A DNA stretch of 64,000 nt, taken from Fimicolochytrium jonesii. Lineage: Eukaryota. Positions 14,186-25,028 of this stretch are shown in pieces. The first letter of the stretch is position 1, and every line of letters begins with the position of its first letter. The notes beneath the pieces are model-generated. The model saw only the letters and a list, made by a program, of their open reading frames with translations. It did not search any database and was not told the DNA's origin. A program made the translations under genes and the position numbers. The stretch is from contig NW_026515683.1 in NCBI RefSeq assembly GCF_025526975.1, forward strand, positions 1 through 64,000, written 5' to 3'.

Positions 14186-16002
14186 CAGTAGGTGGCCAGA
14201 TATCTGGGTACAACGCAACAAGGACACATCATCCCCAGCACAGGCACCGCCAGAAGTCGCCGGCCCCCATTGAAACCTGCCATCAGTCCCAACCGTAACC
14301 CGTCAGTTCTACATCGCTGGCTGGTTGTCCCGGTCTCTCTTGATTTTCTTTTTACCTCTCCCAAACACACAGGAAAAACTGATGTATCAAAAAAACTACT
14401 CAGAAACATGAAAGATACAAAGAAACCAAAAAAAAAGAACAGTTGCTATCAAAGTACGCCAGTTACATGCCAGGAAAGTCTATATACAAAAAGCTATTCA
14501 GTACTTTGTAGCTCCGCCGCCACTTTCCCACACCGCATGGGTCCTCCTTTCACACTGTCGATATAGGTTGCGGACCATTTCCAGCGGGATCTTGGCCCAT
14601 TCCTCCTTCAGTGCAGCTGCCAAGGAAGGCTTTCCAGTGGGCAGTGGATTCCTCTGCCGCAGTTTTGTTTCTAGAATCCACCACAGCCGCTCAATGATGT
14701 TGAGGTCCGGAGAGCTAGGTGGCCAGTCAGGAAGGAGTGGCAGATTTTTTGCGGCTTTGTGGGCTCTGGTTAGCTTGCTTGTAGAGGGGGGTGATCCGTC
14801 CTCTTGAAAGACGAGTGCTGGATTCCATTCTTGGTTTGTTCTCCACCAGAGAAAAAATTTATCGTCAAGGATATTGTCACAATAATACTTGCTGTTGACC
14901 TTGCCTTTGACGACATGGATAGGTCCAACCCCGTACCAGGAGATGCACCCCCAGATCATGATAGTACCGCCGTACTGCTGAACCTTAGGGGCAAGGTTCC
15001 GTGGCTCGTACTTGGCAGCCTGGCCCCGGTTTTGCCAGATCAGAGTTCGTGTTTTGGAATAGAGAGAAAAGGAGGACTCATCTGAGAAGACAACGTTCTT
15101 CCAGTCATCCAAGCCCCAATGCAAGCGAGCTTGCGTCCACGCATGTCGCAAACCCAGTTTCCTCTCGTCCAGGAGGGGTTTTTTAGCTGCGGTGTACTGG
15201 TAAAGGTCTGCTTCGTGAATCAGACAACGTAGCGATTTGATGGGATAGTGAGGACCGTTGTTCTCCTCAATGAGCTTCTGGATTTTGACAACGCTGGCTC
15301 TGTTGATGTTGGCTACGGTCTGGTAGACCCTAGCAGCATCTTCAACGGTGTATTTGCGAGGTCTGCCCGGCCGCTTTTTGGGTTGTGCAGTTCCGGTTGC
15401 CCGGTGTCGCTCAAGGGTTGCTTGAACAGCACGCTTGGTGATATCATACAGTCTGGCAATATTGGCATAGCTTAGCTCAGGGTTGCCGAGGTGGGTGCCA
15501 ACTATCTGCTCACGTAGGGCAGGGGAAAGTTCTTTGCGGCGGCGGGTTGGAGAATTGTGTTCAGCATCCTCATGGTCTGACGGTGGTTCAACAGGATCAG
15601 ACCCGAAGAGCTGCCAGTCGTCAGGAGTGGCTTATCTGTGGTTTGGCTGGCTCTCCTCCGCAACTTCAACGTCGTCCGCATTGTCAGAGTCTTTGAGGAG
15701 AATCAAGAATTCGTCAAGGTCAAGGTCGTCCAGGGTGGTCATAATGCCAGAGGTTTTGGCGGGGGGGGCCCAGAGTCCTGTTGGCTTCAGGACTCGTTGG
15801 GAGTGCTGTAGGAGGTATCCCCAGAACGTTGTTCGCGTGGGTTGAGCAGTTTGCTTTGTGATGCGGATTGCAATTGCGAGATCTTGGTTGGTTTCAAGGT
15901 GTCGGTGACGGTGACGGCAGAAAGCAGCCCTGGTCGTTGACTTTTGGGTTGCACACGGAGGCTTGGCGAACCCGTCGTACCCAGATATCTGGCCACCTAC
16001 TG
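14186..16002 (-). mobile_element. Complete Tc1/mariner (Tc1-like) DNA transposon
   Basis: Perfect 26-bp TIRs CAGTAGGTGGCCAGATATCTGGGTAC at 14186-14211 and 15977-16002; TA on both flanks. Confidence 0.95.
14498..15742 (-). pseudogene. Tc1-type transposase (DD35E) with one in-frame stop at 15632-15634
   Basis: HTH region, GRPRK, VVFSDES, IMIWGCIS, FQEDG and WPPSSPDLNIIERLW. ORFs 15632..16267 and 14498..15151 share a frame. Confidence 0.9.
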
Positions 16003-16117
16003 TATATATACAATATACAACGTCATGTTGTACTGTATGTTTATGACTCTTCGTTGTTTGTGTTTGATTGCCTAGGTGGTTGCACAGCCCACGCCTGCCA
16101 GCCCTGACCCTACAGTA

Positions 16118-16320
16118 AGCCATGGCGGCCCGTCCCTTCCCCCACAAGGTTACGGTAGCTACTGGACGGCAGGCGGACCTAACGGGCGCTGGGACACATG
16201 GCCGCCACGGCGAGACGGGAGGTGTTCGACTGCGGCAGGAGGACACACTAGGATTCTTTTCGTCCACTCCGGTCCGGTAGTGCTAAAATCATGGAATCGG
16301 AGTGTGTAATCGCGCATGGC
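16118..16320. repeat. Dispersed repeat copy A (blocks shared with 18604-18924)
   Basis: Shared blocks AGCCATGGCGGCCCGTCCCTTCCCCCAC, GAGGTGTTCGACT and TTCGTCCACTCC.GTCCGGTAGTGCT.AAATCA.GGAATCGG. Confidence 0.85.
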
Positions 16321-16575
16321 CATCCCAATGCCGAATGAAGTGAAGGATGATCGAGTGCGCGAAGCTGAAAATGAAACTCTATGGGGCGATGGGGGGAGCT
16401 GAGGAAGAAGCGGAGAGGAGCGGGGGTTGGAGGGGGAGTGGAGGGAGTTTTCTTGCAGCACTTCCCCATCTTCACCGTCACCGACATTCCTTATAAAAGA
16501 CAGCATACAGGAGCCAGTCCGCTATTTGAGAACGTACAGCAGCGCCACTTTCCCCTTATCGAGCGAGACAAAACT

Positions 16576-17913
16576 ATGTCCGAAGCGGACGTGCGCAAGC
16601 TTGATTCGCCACTGGCGTTTCTCAAATTCACACAGGACAGATTTCACGAAGTGTGGGGCCTCATTTTCAGACAACTCGATAAGGCGACGTTGAGGAACTT
16701 CCGTTAAGCGAGTTGGTCATTGTGGCAGGCGGTTGAACGCGAGACCGGAAAGGGAGTACAAGCACGAATTCAGGAGGGCGAAATCCGAGAAGGCGCCAAA
16801 TTTCCGCTCAGCGAGCTCTTGAATCTGCGGCTTGTTCCGGGAATTGAATCAAGGATTCGAGACCAATTCACTGAGCGTCTCCAAACTGAATTCCAAAAAA
16901 GGCATCCCGATGTGTTCGCCGGAGACTGGCAGGAGTTCCTCGAATGCTCACAACGCATACACTTGGAACACCCAGACGTGAGTCGCAAATCATCATACTC
17001 GGTCATATACTTCAAATCATCCGTCGACTACAACGCACAGACGGTTTATACATCGAGTCGCCCGCGGGTTCAGCTATTTCACTCAGACGAGAAATGCAAC
17101 AACAACAAATTGCAATTGACAAAAACGTCCATCTTTCAAGTGGCCGCTCGCAAGAAGAAATGTGAGACGTGCCCGAACGTGAATCCTCCACCATCACCTT
17201 TGGAATTTTGCACTCGCACAGAGTGTGAAGGAGCGTTGACCACCGTTACTGGCAAAGTTGAGGACGATCGGTCTTTCAATGGAACCTCCCTTGTGAAGGA
17301 TACATTACTGGCGTTGGTTTGTTTGGAGTGTGGGAGATCTTGTTGTCCCGATTGCAAAACGAGGCACACGGAAACCCCTTGCCCAAAGGCGCGAAAGGGT
17401 GAACAAAAACATGATTGGGCAACGCGTCACTGCCCGGATTGCAGCGCATTTCTGATACGCAGGTTCTTCGAACCCTTCTTGCGTTGTCCTGGTTGCGAAG
17501 AGCCTTTGAAGAGAAATTTATGCCGCTGGTGCTTTGAAAAGCACTCGTTCGAGAATTGCAAGAACAAACTTAGAGATGACCGGGATTGCACCGCTTGCTG
17601 GGCTGGCAGGGTGTGCCGAGTGTCTTGTGAACCGGGCTCAGGTACAAGTAGCGCTTTTACCAAAGCATTGTAGTCGTGGGGACTTACCTTCGTTCCTGCA
17701 GGTCGCAGAAAGTACAACATCAAATACGGCTGCAACAATTGCGGTGCGAGCTTCGGAAGAAAGAAGGAATGTAACCATTTTGCGTTACGAAAGGGAAAGC
17801 GCTTGAACCATTGCCATCGCTGCAAGGTAGATCTTTCAGACGCCAACCACTGTAGGGTTGTCCCACAACCTAAAGTTCATTTCCAAAATAGCCCAAATAA
17901 GTTTCATTTCTGA
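16576..17913 (+). pseudogene. Intronless F-box-like plus IBR/RING2-like (RBR-type) Cys-rich protein with two in-frame stops
   Basis: TATAAAAG near 16492. FHEVWGLIFRQLDKATLRNFR*ASW is F-box-like, VCLECGRSCCPDCKTRH..C is IBR-like, TRHCPDC...RCPGC...LCRWC is RING2-like. The frame continues through TAA (16705) and TAG (17671). Confidence 0.6.
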
Positions 17914-18361
17914 CGCCCCTGGATCCCGCGAGGAGACAAGTGTGTTGTTCACGAGTTGCCCACGTGTGTGGCAGAGCCTGCAAGAGTTTCTGAAAACGTG
18001 CATGCTCCGGAATTACACAGTTCTCGTTCCTGTCGACGCTCTGGAGATGTCTTCCCATCGCCAACCGAACGAGCAGCGAGCAATTGGAATAACAAGGTCT
18101 ATAGTCTACATAAGCGAGTATCATAGCCAATCTTCGAAATTGTTGTGAAGATAGGAAGTGGGTCTAAGAATGAAGAAGCATTCAAGATTTGTCACCCCAT
18201 AACATGCGATTACAAAGGACAGTGCAAGTGTACGGATAATTCTCTCCATCTGCCCTGGCTCCTTCCGTCTCCTTCCGCCTCCACACCTCCCCCTCCCTCA
18301 CCCACTCACCCACCCACTCACTTACCCCCCCCCCCCCCCCCCCCCCCCACACACACACATA

Positions 18362-18486
18362 CAGTATGTGAACATAAACCTAGATACACCAGTGATTGAG
18401 TCAGTGTCCGTGCGCAACTGCGGCGGCTGGGGCAAGGGGCTGGCCAAGGCTCGGACGCGTGTATCCAGCTTTATGTTCACATACTG
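18362..18486. mobile_element. 125-bp Tc1/mariner-type MITE
   Basis: 28-bp TIRs CAGTATGTGAACATAAA(C/G)CT(A/G)GATACAC (26/28 match); TA on both flanks. Confidence 0.85.
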
Positions 18487-18603
18487 TACACTACACTGAC
18501 GCAACGCGCCCTCTCTCCGCCTGCCAGTCGAATCGGGTTCCTTCGTTACAGCACAATTGGGCTATGATATAGTTCATTTCACCCCCGTCCATATCCCACG
18601 CTG

Positions 18604-18924
18604 AGCCATGGCGGCCCGTCCCTTCCCCCACGAGGTTACGGTAGCTATTGGACGGCAGGCGGACTTAACGCGCGCTCGCTGGGACGGAGGAGGGGAGTGG
18701 ACGGAAGCAGCAAGGAATGGACGAGGAAGAAGAGGGGAGGACGCAGGCCGCCACTGCGAGACTTATTGAGAGCATCAATTGATAAACGAGTGAGAGGTGT
18801 TCGACTTGGCAAGAGCATCAATTGGAGACCGACTTTGCACATCACAGTACGATTCTCTTCGTCCACTCCAGTCCGGTAGTGCTGAAATCACGGAATCGGG
18901 GTGGAGTGGGTAATCGGGCATGGC
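18604..18924. repeat. Dispersed repeat copy B (with insertions relative to copy A)
   Basis: Same ordered blocks as 16118-16320. Confidence 0.85.
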
Positions 18925-19668
18925 TCGACCGGGCACAGGAAGAGGGAGGAGCTGGAGTGGTCACAGCGAACTAGATTCAGCCACTGTCTCAGAGCCGCAT
19001 CCACTCTACAGATACCGGAGTGGATGCTGTATATGTAGAGTGGTGATGGAGGTGACATCATGGAGTCAATCGTACCACAAATCATTGATGGTGCCTCAGT
19101 AAGGTGGGGGGCATTACAATCATCCTCCTACCGAGTAGGTGCCTCACAATTATCGCGTGCTGCCTCGGTTGGGCCTCTATTAGTGCCCGCCCTGTAGACT
19201 ACTGGCATAGTGGCGGGTAGGTCCGGAGTGACGATATACCCGGACCAGTAGCGCTACGGACCAGTCTTCGGACAACGGGGCTACGATTCCGAAGCCACAG
19301 CCGAGACTACTCGGGAATACTAGGTCCAAGTAACAGTAGTCCTTGGAGGGGGTTGCAAACAGGGCCGTGTCGGTTGCTGTCAAAGCACGGGGCTGAGTGG
19401 CTTGTTGTAACAAAGTAGACTCTGTTGATGATAAAGTACAAGAGGAAGAACGACTTCTGGGGAAATGCCTTTTAAACGGGAAGGAAGAAAAGATGAAGTT
19501 CGCAGTCACGTGCAGCGTCCCGTGACCTGGATCCTTCACACCCCCCCCAAAATCACAGCCGGCTTGATTTTCACAAGACGAGAGCGTGGGGTTGTGGGGT
19601 TGGGAGGGAGGGAGGGAGAAGTTTGTTGAGGGAAGCGGGAGGTGGTCCGTTGTGATCTATCTATGGTG

Positions 19669-22600
19669 TCATTGTTGGTCTCTTACGGGGATGGGGGTGC
19701 GGTGGATGGTCCGAAGGCCAATGGCGTTCTTGTACGCGAGGAAGGCGATGGAGTCGGCGATTACGTCCTCTTCTACCCAGTCCGCGGTATGGGGTGATTC
19801 GCCTGAGCGACGGGCGAGGTAGAGGCGACGGCGGCCGATGTCGCGGTGTCGCAAGATTTCTGCGAAGGGGTGATCATCGATGCTCTGTGTGTATTGCGGG
19901 ATGCGGGCGGTGTACAGCCGTAGGACGTCGACATGGAATACGGGATGTTGGCGCATCGTTGGGGGGAGTTGGAGTTTGAAGGTGAGGGGCTGTTCGCCGG
20001 GGTGCAGCATGGGAAAGGGTCCAAGCCAAGCTGGAAGGATTTTCAGGGCCGCTGATGGCAGGTCCTTATATTCCGGGATGTTGATCGCGCTGCGGTGAAC
20101 GAGAACGTGGGCGCCTTGTCGGATGCGAGGGTCGGCCGGGGCTCGTTTCATGTCGGCGTATCGGGCAAAGCGGTCCTGGGCGTTCTGGATGCGGATCTTG
20201 GCCAATCGTGCGACGTCCGCAAGGCGGTTCGCCCAAGCGGGACCGGGGTGTTCTTGTGGCGTCTGGGTGTGGAGCGTGTGCGGTTTCAGGGGGCTGTACC
20301 CCAGGTCGGCCTCAAATGGGGTCATCCCGGTAGATTGGTTCGTTGCGTCGTTGTAAGCGAATTCGATGGCCGAGAGGTACCGCGACCAGTTGCGTCCGGA
20401 GAGATCGGGGATGCAAGCGAGCATTTGTTTGATGGTGCCGATGGCTCGTTCCGTCTGTCCATCCGTTTGTTGGTGAGCGGTGGTGGCGATCGCGGTGCGG
20501 AAGCCCAAGTAGTCCGAAACGTTGAGCCAGAATTCGGAAGTGAAGCGGGAATCGTGGTCCGTGACGAGAGTCCTGGGGATACCATGCAATCGGATGATAT
20601 TGTCGACGAAGAGCTGCGCGGTTTGGGCGGCTGTGATGTCGCGACGGCACGGGGCTATGTGTACGCGTTTTGTGAGACGGTCAACCACAACCATGACCGC
20701 ATCGTTGCCATTGGCGTCGACGGGCATATAGGCGAAATCTAGGGTGACATCTGACCAGCGCATTGTGGGGATCGGTAGCGGCTGCGTCATTCCGGGCCTT
20801 TGTCGTCTGGTTTTCGCTCGGAGACAGGAGTCGCAAGTGCTGGTGTATCTCTTCACATCGCGCTCGAGGTTCCGCCAGTAGAATTGTCCACGGAGGCGCT
20901 CGTAAGTGTTGAACCACCCGGGGTGTCCGGCGGCCTCTGCGGTGTGCGAGTCGTGGAGTAGCTGGGTGCGTAGGGGGGAGTCGGGGATGTACAGCCGGTT
21001 GTCATAGAACAGGAGCCCGTTCGAGTAGCGGTGGCGCCGGGTGTGGACGGTCTGGGCTTCCGTGGGCTTGTCCATCGCTTTCAAGATTTCCATCGCGTAG
21101 CTGTCGCTCGTGGTCTGCGCTCGTACGACCTCTTCCAGTTCGTTTGTGTTTGCGAGGGCGACATTCACGTATACAACTCCGCGGCATTTGTGGCATCTGG
21201 GGGCATAGTCCGGTCGACGTGAGAGGAGGTCGGCGAGGGTGTTGTGGTTGCCGTTGACGTAGCCGATGGTAATCTGATGTTCTTGTAGAAGTTCCACCCA
21301 TGATGCCTGACGCCGGGATAGGTGCGGTTGGGAGCGAAGCCATGTGAGCGACTTGTGGTCGGTGAGGGCTGTGAACGGCCGCCCCCGTACGTATGGGGAG
21401 AAACATTTGACGGCTTCGACCAGAGCGAGGAGTTCGCGCTCATGTACTCCGTAGCGTGTTTGGTATGAAACGAGCTTGCGGGACCAGAAGGCCACCGGGC
21501 GGAGGGTCGGCAGAACATCTTCCCATTTCGCATTTGGGGGGATCTTGGGGCTCCCGGGTTTGGGCTGGAGTAAGCAGGCGCCCATTGCGTACCCGGATGC
21601 ATCGATGGTGACGAAGAGTTGAGCGGAGGGGTCGTACCACTGGAGGGTGGGGGCGGAGGTGACGGCGTCGCGTAGGGTGTTCCATGCCGCTTGTTCTGCG
21701 GTCCCCCAGGTGAACGGTCTGTTTTTCGCAAGGAGGTTGGACAGGGGGAGCGCAATCTCGGCGTACTTGGCGATGGATCCCGACAGGTAGTTCGTGAAGC
21801 CGAGGAAAGAGCGTACCTCGCCGCGGTCTGTGGGCTGGGGCCAGTCGACGACAGTGGCGATCTTCTCAGGGTCGAGCTTCAATCCGTCGTCTGATACTAC
21901 AAAGCCGCAGAAAAGGACCGATGCTGTGTAGAAGGCGCACTTCTTGAGGTTGATGTGCAACCCGTGAGCACGGAGGCGGCGAAGAACTTCCTTGAGGATG
22001 CGTCGATGCGTTTCGAGGTCGGAAGCGTAGATGAGTAGATCATCCATGTAGACGATCAATCCCTGGTCGAGCATGTCGGCGAAAATGTGATTCATGAGCT
22101 TGTTCCATGTCGCAGGCGCCGAGGTGAGGCCAAATGGCATGACCTTCCACTGGAAATGACCGAACCGGGTTCGGAAAGCCGTCTTGGGGATGTCATGCGG
22201 TGCAATGGGAATGCCGTAGTATGCGTCCGTGATGTCGAGTGTGGTAAAGTAGTTCGCGCCTTGGAGGCGGTCGCGCATCTCTACGAGGTGTGGCACCGGT
22301 GTGCGGTCGGGGATCGTCAGTTGGTTGATGGCGCGGTAGTCAATGCAAAATCGGAGGCCGCCGTCTTTCTTCTTCGCGAAAAGCACTGGCGCCCCCCATG
22401 GGGAGGAGGACGGCTCGATGTACCCTTTCCTCAGTAGGGTTTGAAGGCGCTCACGGAGCACGTCGAGTTCCGCGGCCGACATGTGGTATAGCCGCTGGTA
22501 GACTGGTTTAGCGCCGTCGCGCAACGGGATAGTGTGCTCGATTACCGGTTTCGGTTTGTCCGGGGGGTCTTTCACGGCCGCGATGTGTTCCTGGACGAGG

Positions 22601-23592
22601 TCGCGGACTTCATCGGGGATGTAGGTGAGGTCCGTCGGTGTAGGCTCCGTGGGTCGTGGGTTTGCGTGGGTTATATGGACTTGGGCAACGTTGTCGGGGT
22701 CCAGGGTGACTGAGCCGGCCGCTACGATTGCTCCGCCTTTCTTGACCAACCGGCGGAGTTGATGGCGGGAAATGGGGGTATCGGAGTCGTAGCCGGAGTC
22801 GTGTCCGTCTTCGGGGTGTGCTTTGGGTTTGGTGTGCGGTTTCCTCGGGATGGGGACGCCGGCGACGGCCGCGGTGGGGATGAGGTGTTCGTTGCCGCGG
22901 ATGTCTTTGAGTGCCAGTGAAATCGTTGGGCCAGCGGTTACGAAGGAAGGGCAATTGGCGACGAACCATGGCAGGCCGACAATGGCGTCGTAGCGTATTG
23001 GGGCCACAATCCATGGTAATCTTTCGTCGTAGTCGTTGAGCCGCAGGTCCGCCACAGTGTACTTGGACGATGTGCCCGAAGAGTCGCGGTCGGCGTATTC
23101 CAGGGTGATCTTTGTGGGGCGTAGGGTAAAGCCGTGTTTCCGAGCAAACTGGTCGTTGAGCACGTAGGTAGTGCAGCCGGTGTCCAGCAGGATTGTGGCG
23201 AGGACGCCATTGATAAAGCCGGTGACCGTGAGAGCCGCTTCAGCTATTGCTGGGCCCGTCGTTCGTTGGTGAGCGCGAAGCTCGGCAAGGAAGGTGCGGG
23301 GTTTCGGAGGTTCAGGGGTTGGGTCCGTGGGCGGTGGATGTCGTGCCATTAGGTCGGCCACGATGGTTTCAAGTATCTCGGAGGCTTCTGTTTGAAGACA
23401 TCGTGGGGCGGTGCACGCTGGGTATGCGTTCATGTCTGGGTAGTGCCGTCGCACGGGGTCCGGGGGTTTCGCTGGTTTGTCAGGTTCTTTCGGGGGTGCC
23501 GCAGGTGGGCTCAAAGGGGCTCGGTGGTTACCATCGGGAGGTCGACTTCGGTGGGAGAAGCCTGCAGAGTTCGTCGCACTCGCAGGCCTCAC
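19669..23592 (-). CDS. pol: Pol polyprotein (PR-RT-RH-IN plus divergent chromodomain-like tail), in the -1 frame relative to gag
   Basis: LLDTGC, YMDD, TIDASG, HHCC (H..GHPG..CDSC), DDE (TLDF, VTDHD, QTERA) and GPF motif. Confidence 0.95.
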   Translation of the reverse strand: MRPASATNSAGFSHRSRPPDGNHRAPLSPPAAPPKEPDKPAKPPDPVRRHYPDMNAYPACTAPRCLQTEASEILETIVADLMARHPPPTDPTPEPPKPRTFLAELRAHQRTTGPAIAEAALTVTGFINGVLATILLDTGCTTYVLNDQFARKHGFTLRPTKITLEYADRDSSGTSSKYTVADLRLNDYDERLPWIVAPIRYDAIVGLPWFVANCPSFVTAGPTISLALKDIRGNEHLIPTAAVAGVPIPRKPHTKPKAHPEDGHDSGYDSDTPISRHQLRRLVKKGGAIVAAGSVTLDPDNVAQVHITHANPRPTEPTPTDLTYIPDEVRDLVQEHIAAVKDPPDKPKPVIEHTIPLRDGAKPVYQRLYHMSAAELDVLRERLQTLLRKGYIEPSSSPWGAPVLFAKKKDGGLRFCIDYRAINQLTIPDRTPVPHLVEMRDRLQGANYFTTLDITDAYYGIPIAPHDIPKTAFRTRFGHFQWKVMPFGLTSAPATWNKLMNHIFADMLDQGLIVYMDDLLIYASDLETHRRILKEVLRRLRAHGLHINLKKCAFYTASVLFCGFVVSDDGLKLDPEKIATVVDWPQPTDRGEVRSFLGFTNYLSGSIAKYAEIALPLSNLLAKNRPFTWGTAEQAAWNTLRDAVTSAPTLQWYDPSAQLFVTIDASGYAMGACLLQPKPGSPKIPPNAKWEDVLPTLRPVAFWSRKLVSYQTRYGVHERELLALVEAVKCFSPYVRGRPFTALTDHKSLTWLRSQPHLSRRQASWVELLQEHQITIGYVNGNHNTLADLLSRRPDYAPRCHKCRGVVYVNVALANTNELEEVVRAQTTSDSYAMEILKAMDKPTEAQTVHTRRHRYSNGLLFYDNRLYIPDSPLRTQLLHDSHTAEAAGHPGWFNTYERLRGQFYWRNLERDVKRYTSTCDSCLRAKTRRQRPGMTQPLPIPTMRWSDVTLDFAYMPVDANGNDAVMVVVDRLTKRVHIAPCRRDITAAQTAQLFVDNIIRLHGIPRTLVTDHDSRFTSEFWLNVSDYLGFRTAIATTAHQQTDGQTERAIGTIKQMLACIPDLSGRNWSRYLSAIEFAYNDATNQSTGMTPFEADLGYSPLKPHTLHTQTPQEHPGPAWANRLADVARLAKIRIQNAQDRFARYADMKRAPADPRIRQGAHVLVHRSAINIPEYKDLPSAALKILPAWLGPFPMLHPGEQPLTFKLQLPPTMRQHPVFHVDVLRLYTARIPQYTQSIDDHPFAEILRHRDIGRRRLYLARRSGESPHTADWVEEDVIADSIAFLAYKNAIGLRTIHRTPIPVRDQQ

Positions 23593-25028
23593 TGAAAATC
23601 CCCTTGGGTGGGCTGGGGATCCTCGTCCTGGGGTTCGGTGGTGATAGCGTGGACACGAGCCTTGGGGTACTTAGGGCAGTCGCTTTGCATGTGGCCGGGT
23701 TGTCGACAACGGAAGCATGCGCCTTGGTCGCGGAGCCGCTGACGCTCGTCGTTCGTAAGCTTTTTCAGGCGCTTAGTCGCGGGGCCGGTGCCCACAACGT
23801 CGATGGCCGCGCGCTTGTTCGATGGGGGCCATTGTTTCGCGGGAGGTCTCTTGTTGGCTTCGTCACGTCGTGCGCTGTCGACTGAGTAGACGCTATCGGC
23901 CAGCGTGACGAGTTCCGCCAGGGACATCGTGAGGCTAGAGGGGTTGGCGGCAAGCAACCGTTGGATGCCGGGACGGAGGCCTTTGCGGAAGGCGCGGCAG
24001 GCCTGCTTGTCTGTCATCTCCGGGATTTCGAGGAGGAGTGCTGAGAACCTTTGGTAGTATTCGTCGACGGAGCCGGTCTGGGTGAGGCGTTCGAGGGCCA
24101 GGAGCGCGTGCTCTTCTGCGTTGGGTGGGATGAAGCGGTTGCGGAGCCGGTCTTTAAACGCTTCCCACGTAAGGATGGTGGATTCTTCTTGTTCGTACCA
24201 TCGCTCGGCGGTATCCTTGAGTTTAGAGGCGGCCAGCGAGATCTTCATGATATCCGGGACCGCCGGGGTTGCGGCGAAGTATCGGTCGAGGCGGGTCAGG
24301 AACTCGTTCGCGGATTTGGTCGACCGAGACATGCCGTCGAACGTAGCGAGGCCTTCGCGGAGAGACTTGGCGATTGGGCCCTCGGCGACGAAGTTGGTTG
24401 TGTCGCTGCGTTCTTGTAGCTCCGGCGGGGTGACCGGGGAGGGGAGATGGGATTGGGCGGGCGAGGCCAATGTGCGGTTTACAGGGCGGACGTTGCTGAA
24501 GGTAAAAGGAGAGCGGGGTGTGGGTTGCTGTTGGGTCTGCTGGATCTGCTGAGTAAGGAGACGTTCCAGGCGCTTGGTGTTGTCGTGAGATTCTTTCAGG
24601 AGGCGATGAAGGCTGGCCTGACGGGCGAGGAGCTCGGCTTTGTCGGCAGCGGCCTGCTCGCGGGTCTCGTTAACGACCTCGGCGAAGCTTGACTCCATTT
24701 TGGCCATGAGTTGGAGGAGGCCTTGGGGGCTGAGCTCTTCGTCGTCGCCGCTGTCCTCGTCTCCCTGCTCGTCTTGTTGTTGGTCTAGTTCGTCGGTGTG
24801 GGTCAGGGCGTGGGAACCTTGGCCGGCGTAGTGGTCGTCTGGGCTTTCTTCCTCATCGTTGTCGCGGTTGTCCTCGTCGTCGTCGCGGTTGTCGGCCCGA
24901 GCGCTGACTGGGGAGGCGGGAGGCTCGTCGTCGTTGTGGACAGGGCGGGTGTCGTCGGCGGAGCTCGGATTTTCAGACTCCGCTTGTTGCTGCGCTTTGG
25001 TCTTGGTCATCTTCGTGCGTTTGGTCAT
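23589..25028 (-). CDS. gag: Gag polyprotein
   Basis: Retrotransposon-gag core (LTQTGSVDEYYQRF) and zinc knuckle CFRCRQPGHMQSDC. Confidence 0.93.
   Translation of the reverse strand: MTKRTKMTKTKAQQQAESENPSSADDTRPVHNDDEPPASPVSARADNRDDDEDNRDNDEEESPDDHYAGQGSHALTHTDELDQQQDEQGDEDSGDDEELSPQGLLQLMAKMESSFAEVVNETREQAAADKAELLARQASLHRLLKESHDNTKRLERLLTQQIQQTQQQPTPRSPFTFSNVRPVNRTLASPAQSHLPSPVTPPELQERSDTTNFVAEGPIAKSLREGLATFDGMSRSTKSANEFLTRLDRYFAATPAVPDIMKISLAASKLKDTAERWYEQEESTILTWEAFKDRLRNRFIPPNAEEHALLALERLTQTGSVDEYYQRFSALLLEIPEMTDKQACRAFRKGLRPGIQRLLAANPSSLTMSLAELVTLADSVYSVDSARRDEANKRPPAKQWPPSNKRAAIDVVGTGPATKRLKKLTNDERQRLRDQGACFRCRQPGHMQSDCPKYPKARVHAITTEPQDEDPQPTQGDFQ

Noticed and set aside
12644..18348. 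Poly-G/poly-C runs near 12644, 12933 and 18325
   Set aside because: Simple homopolymers with no supporting context.
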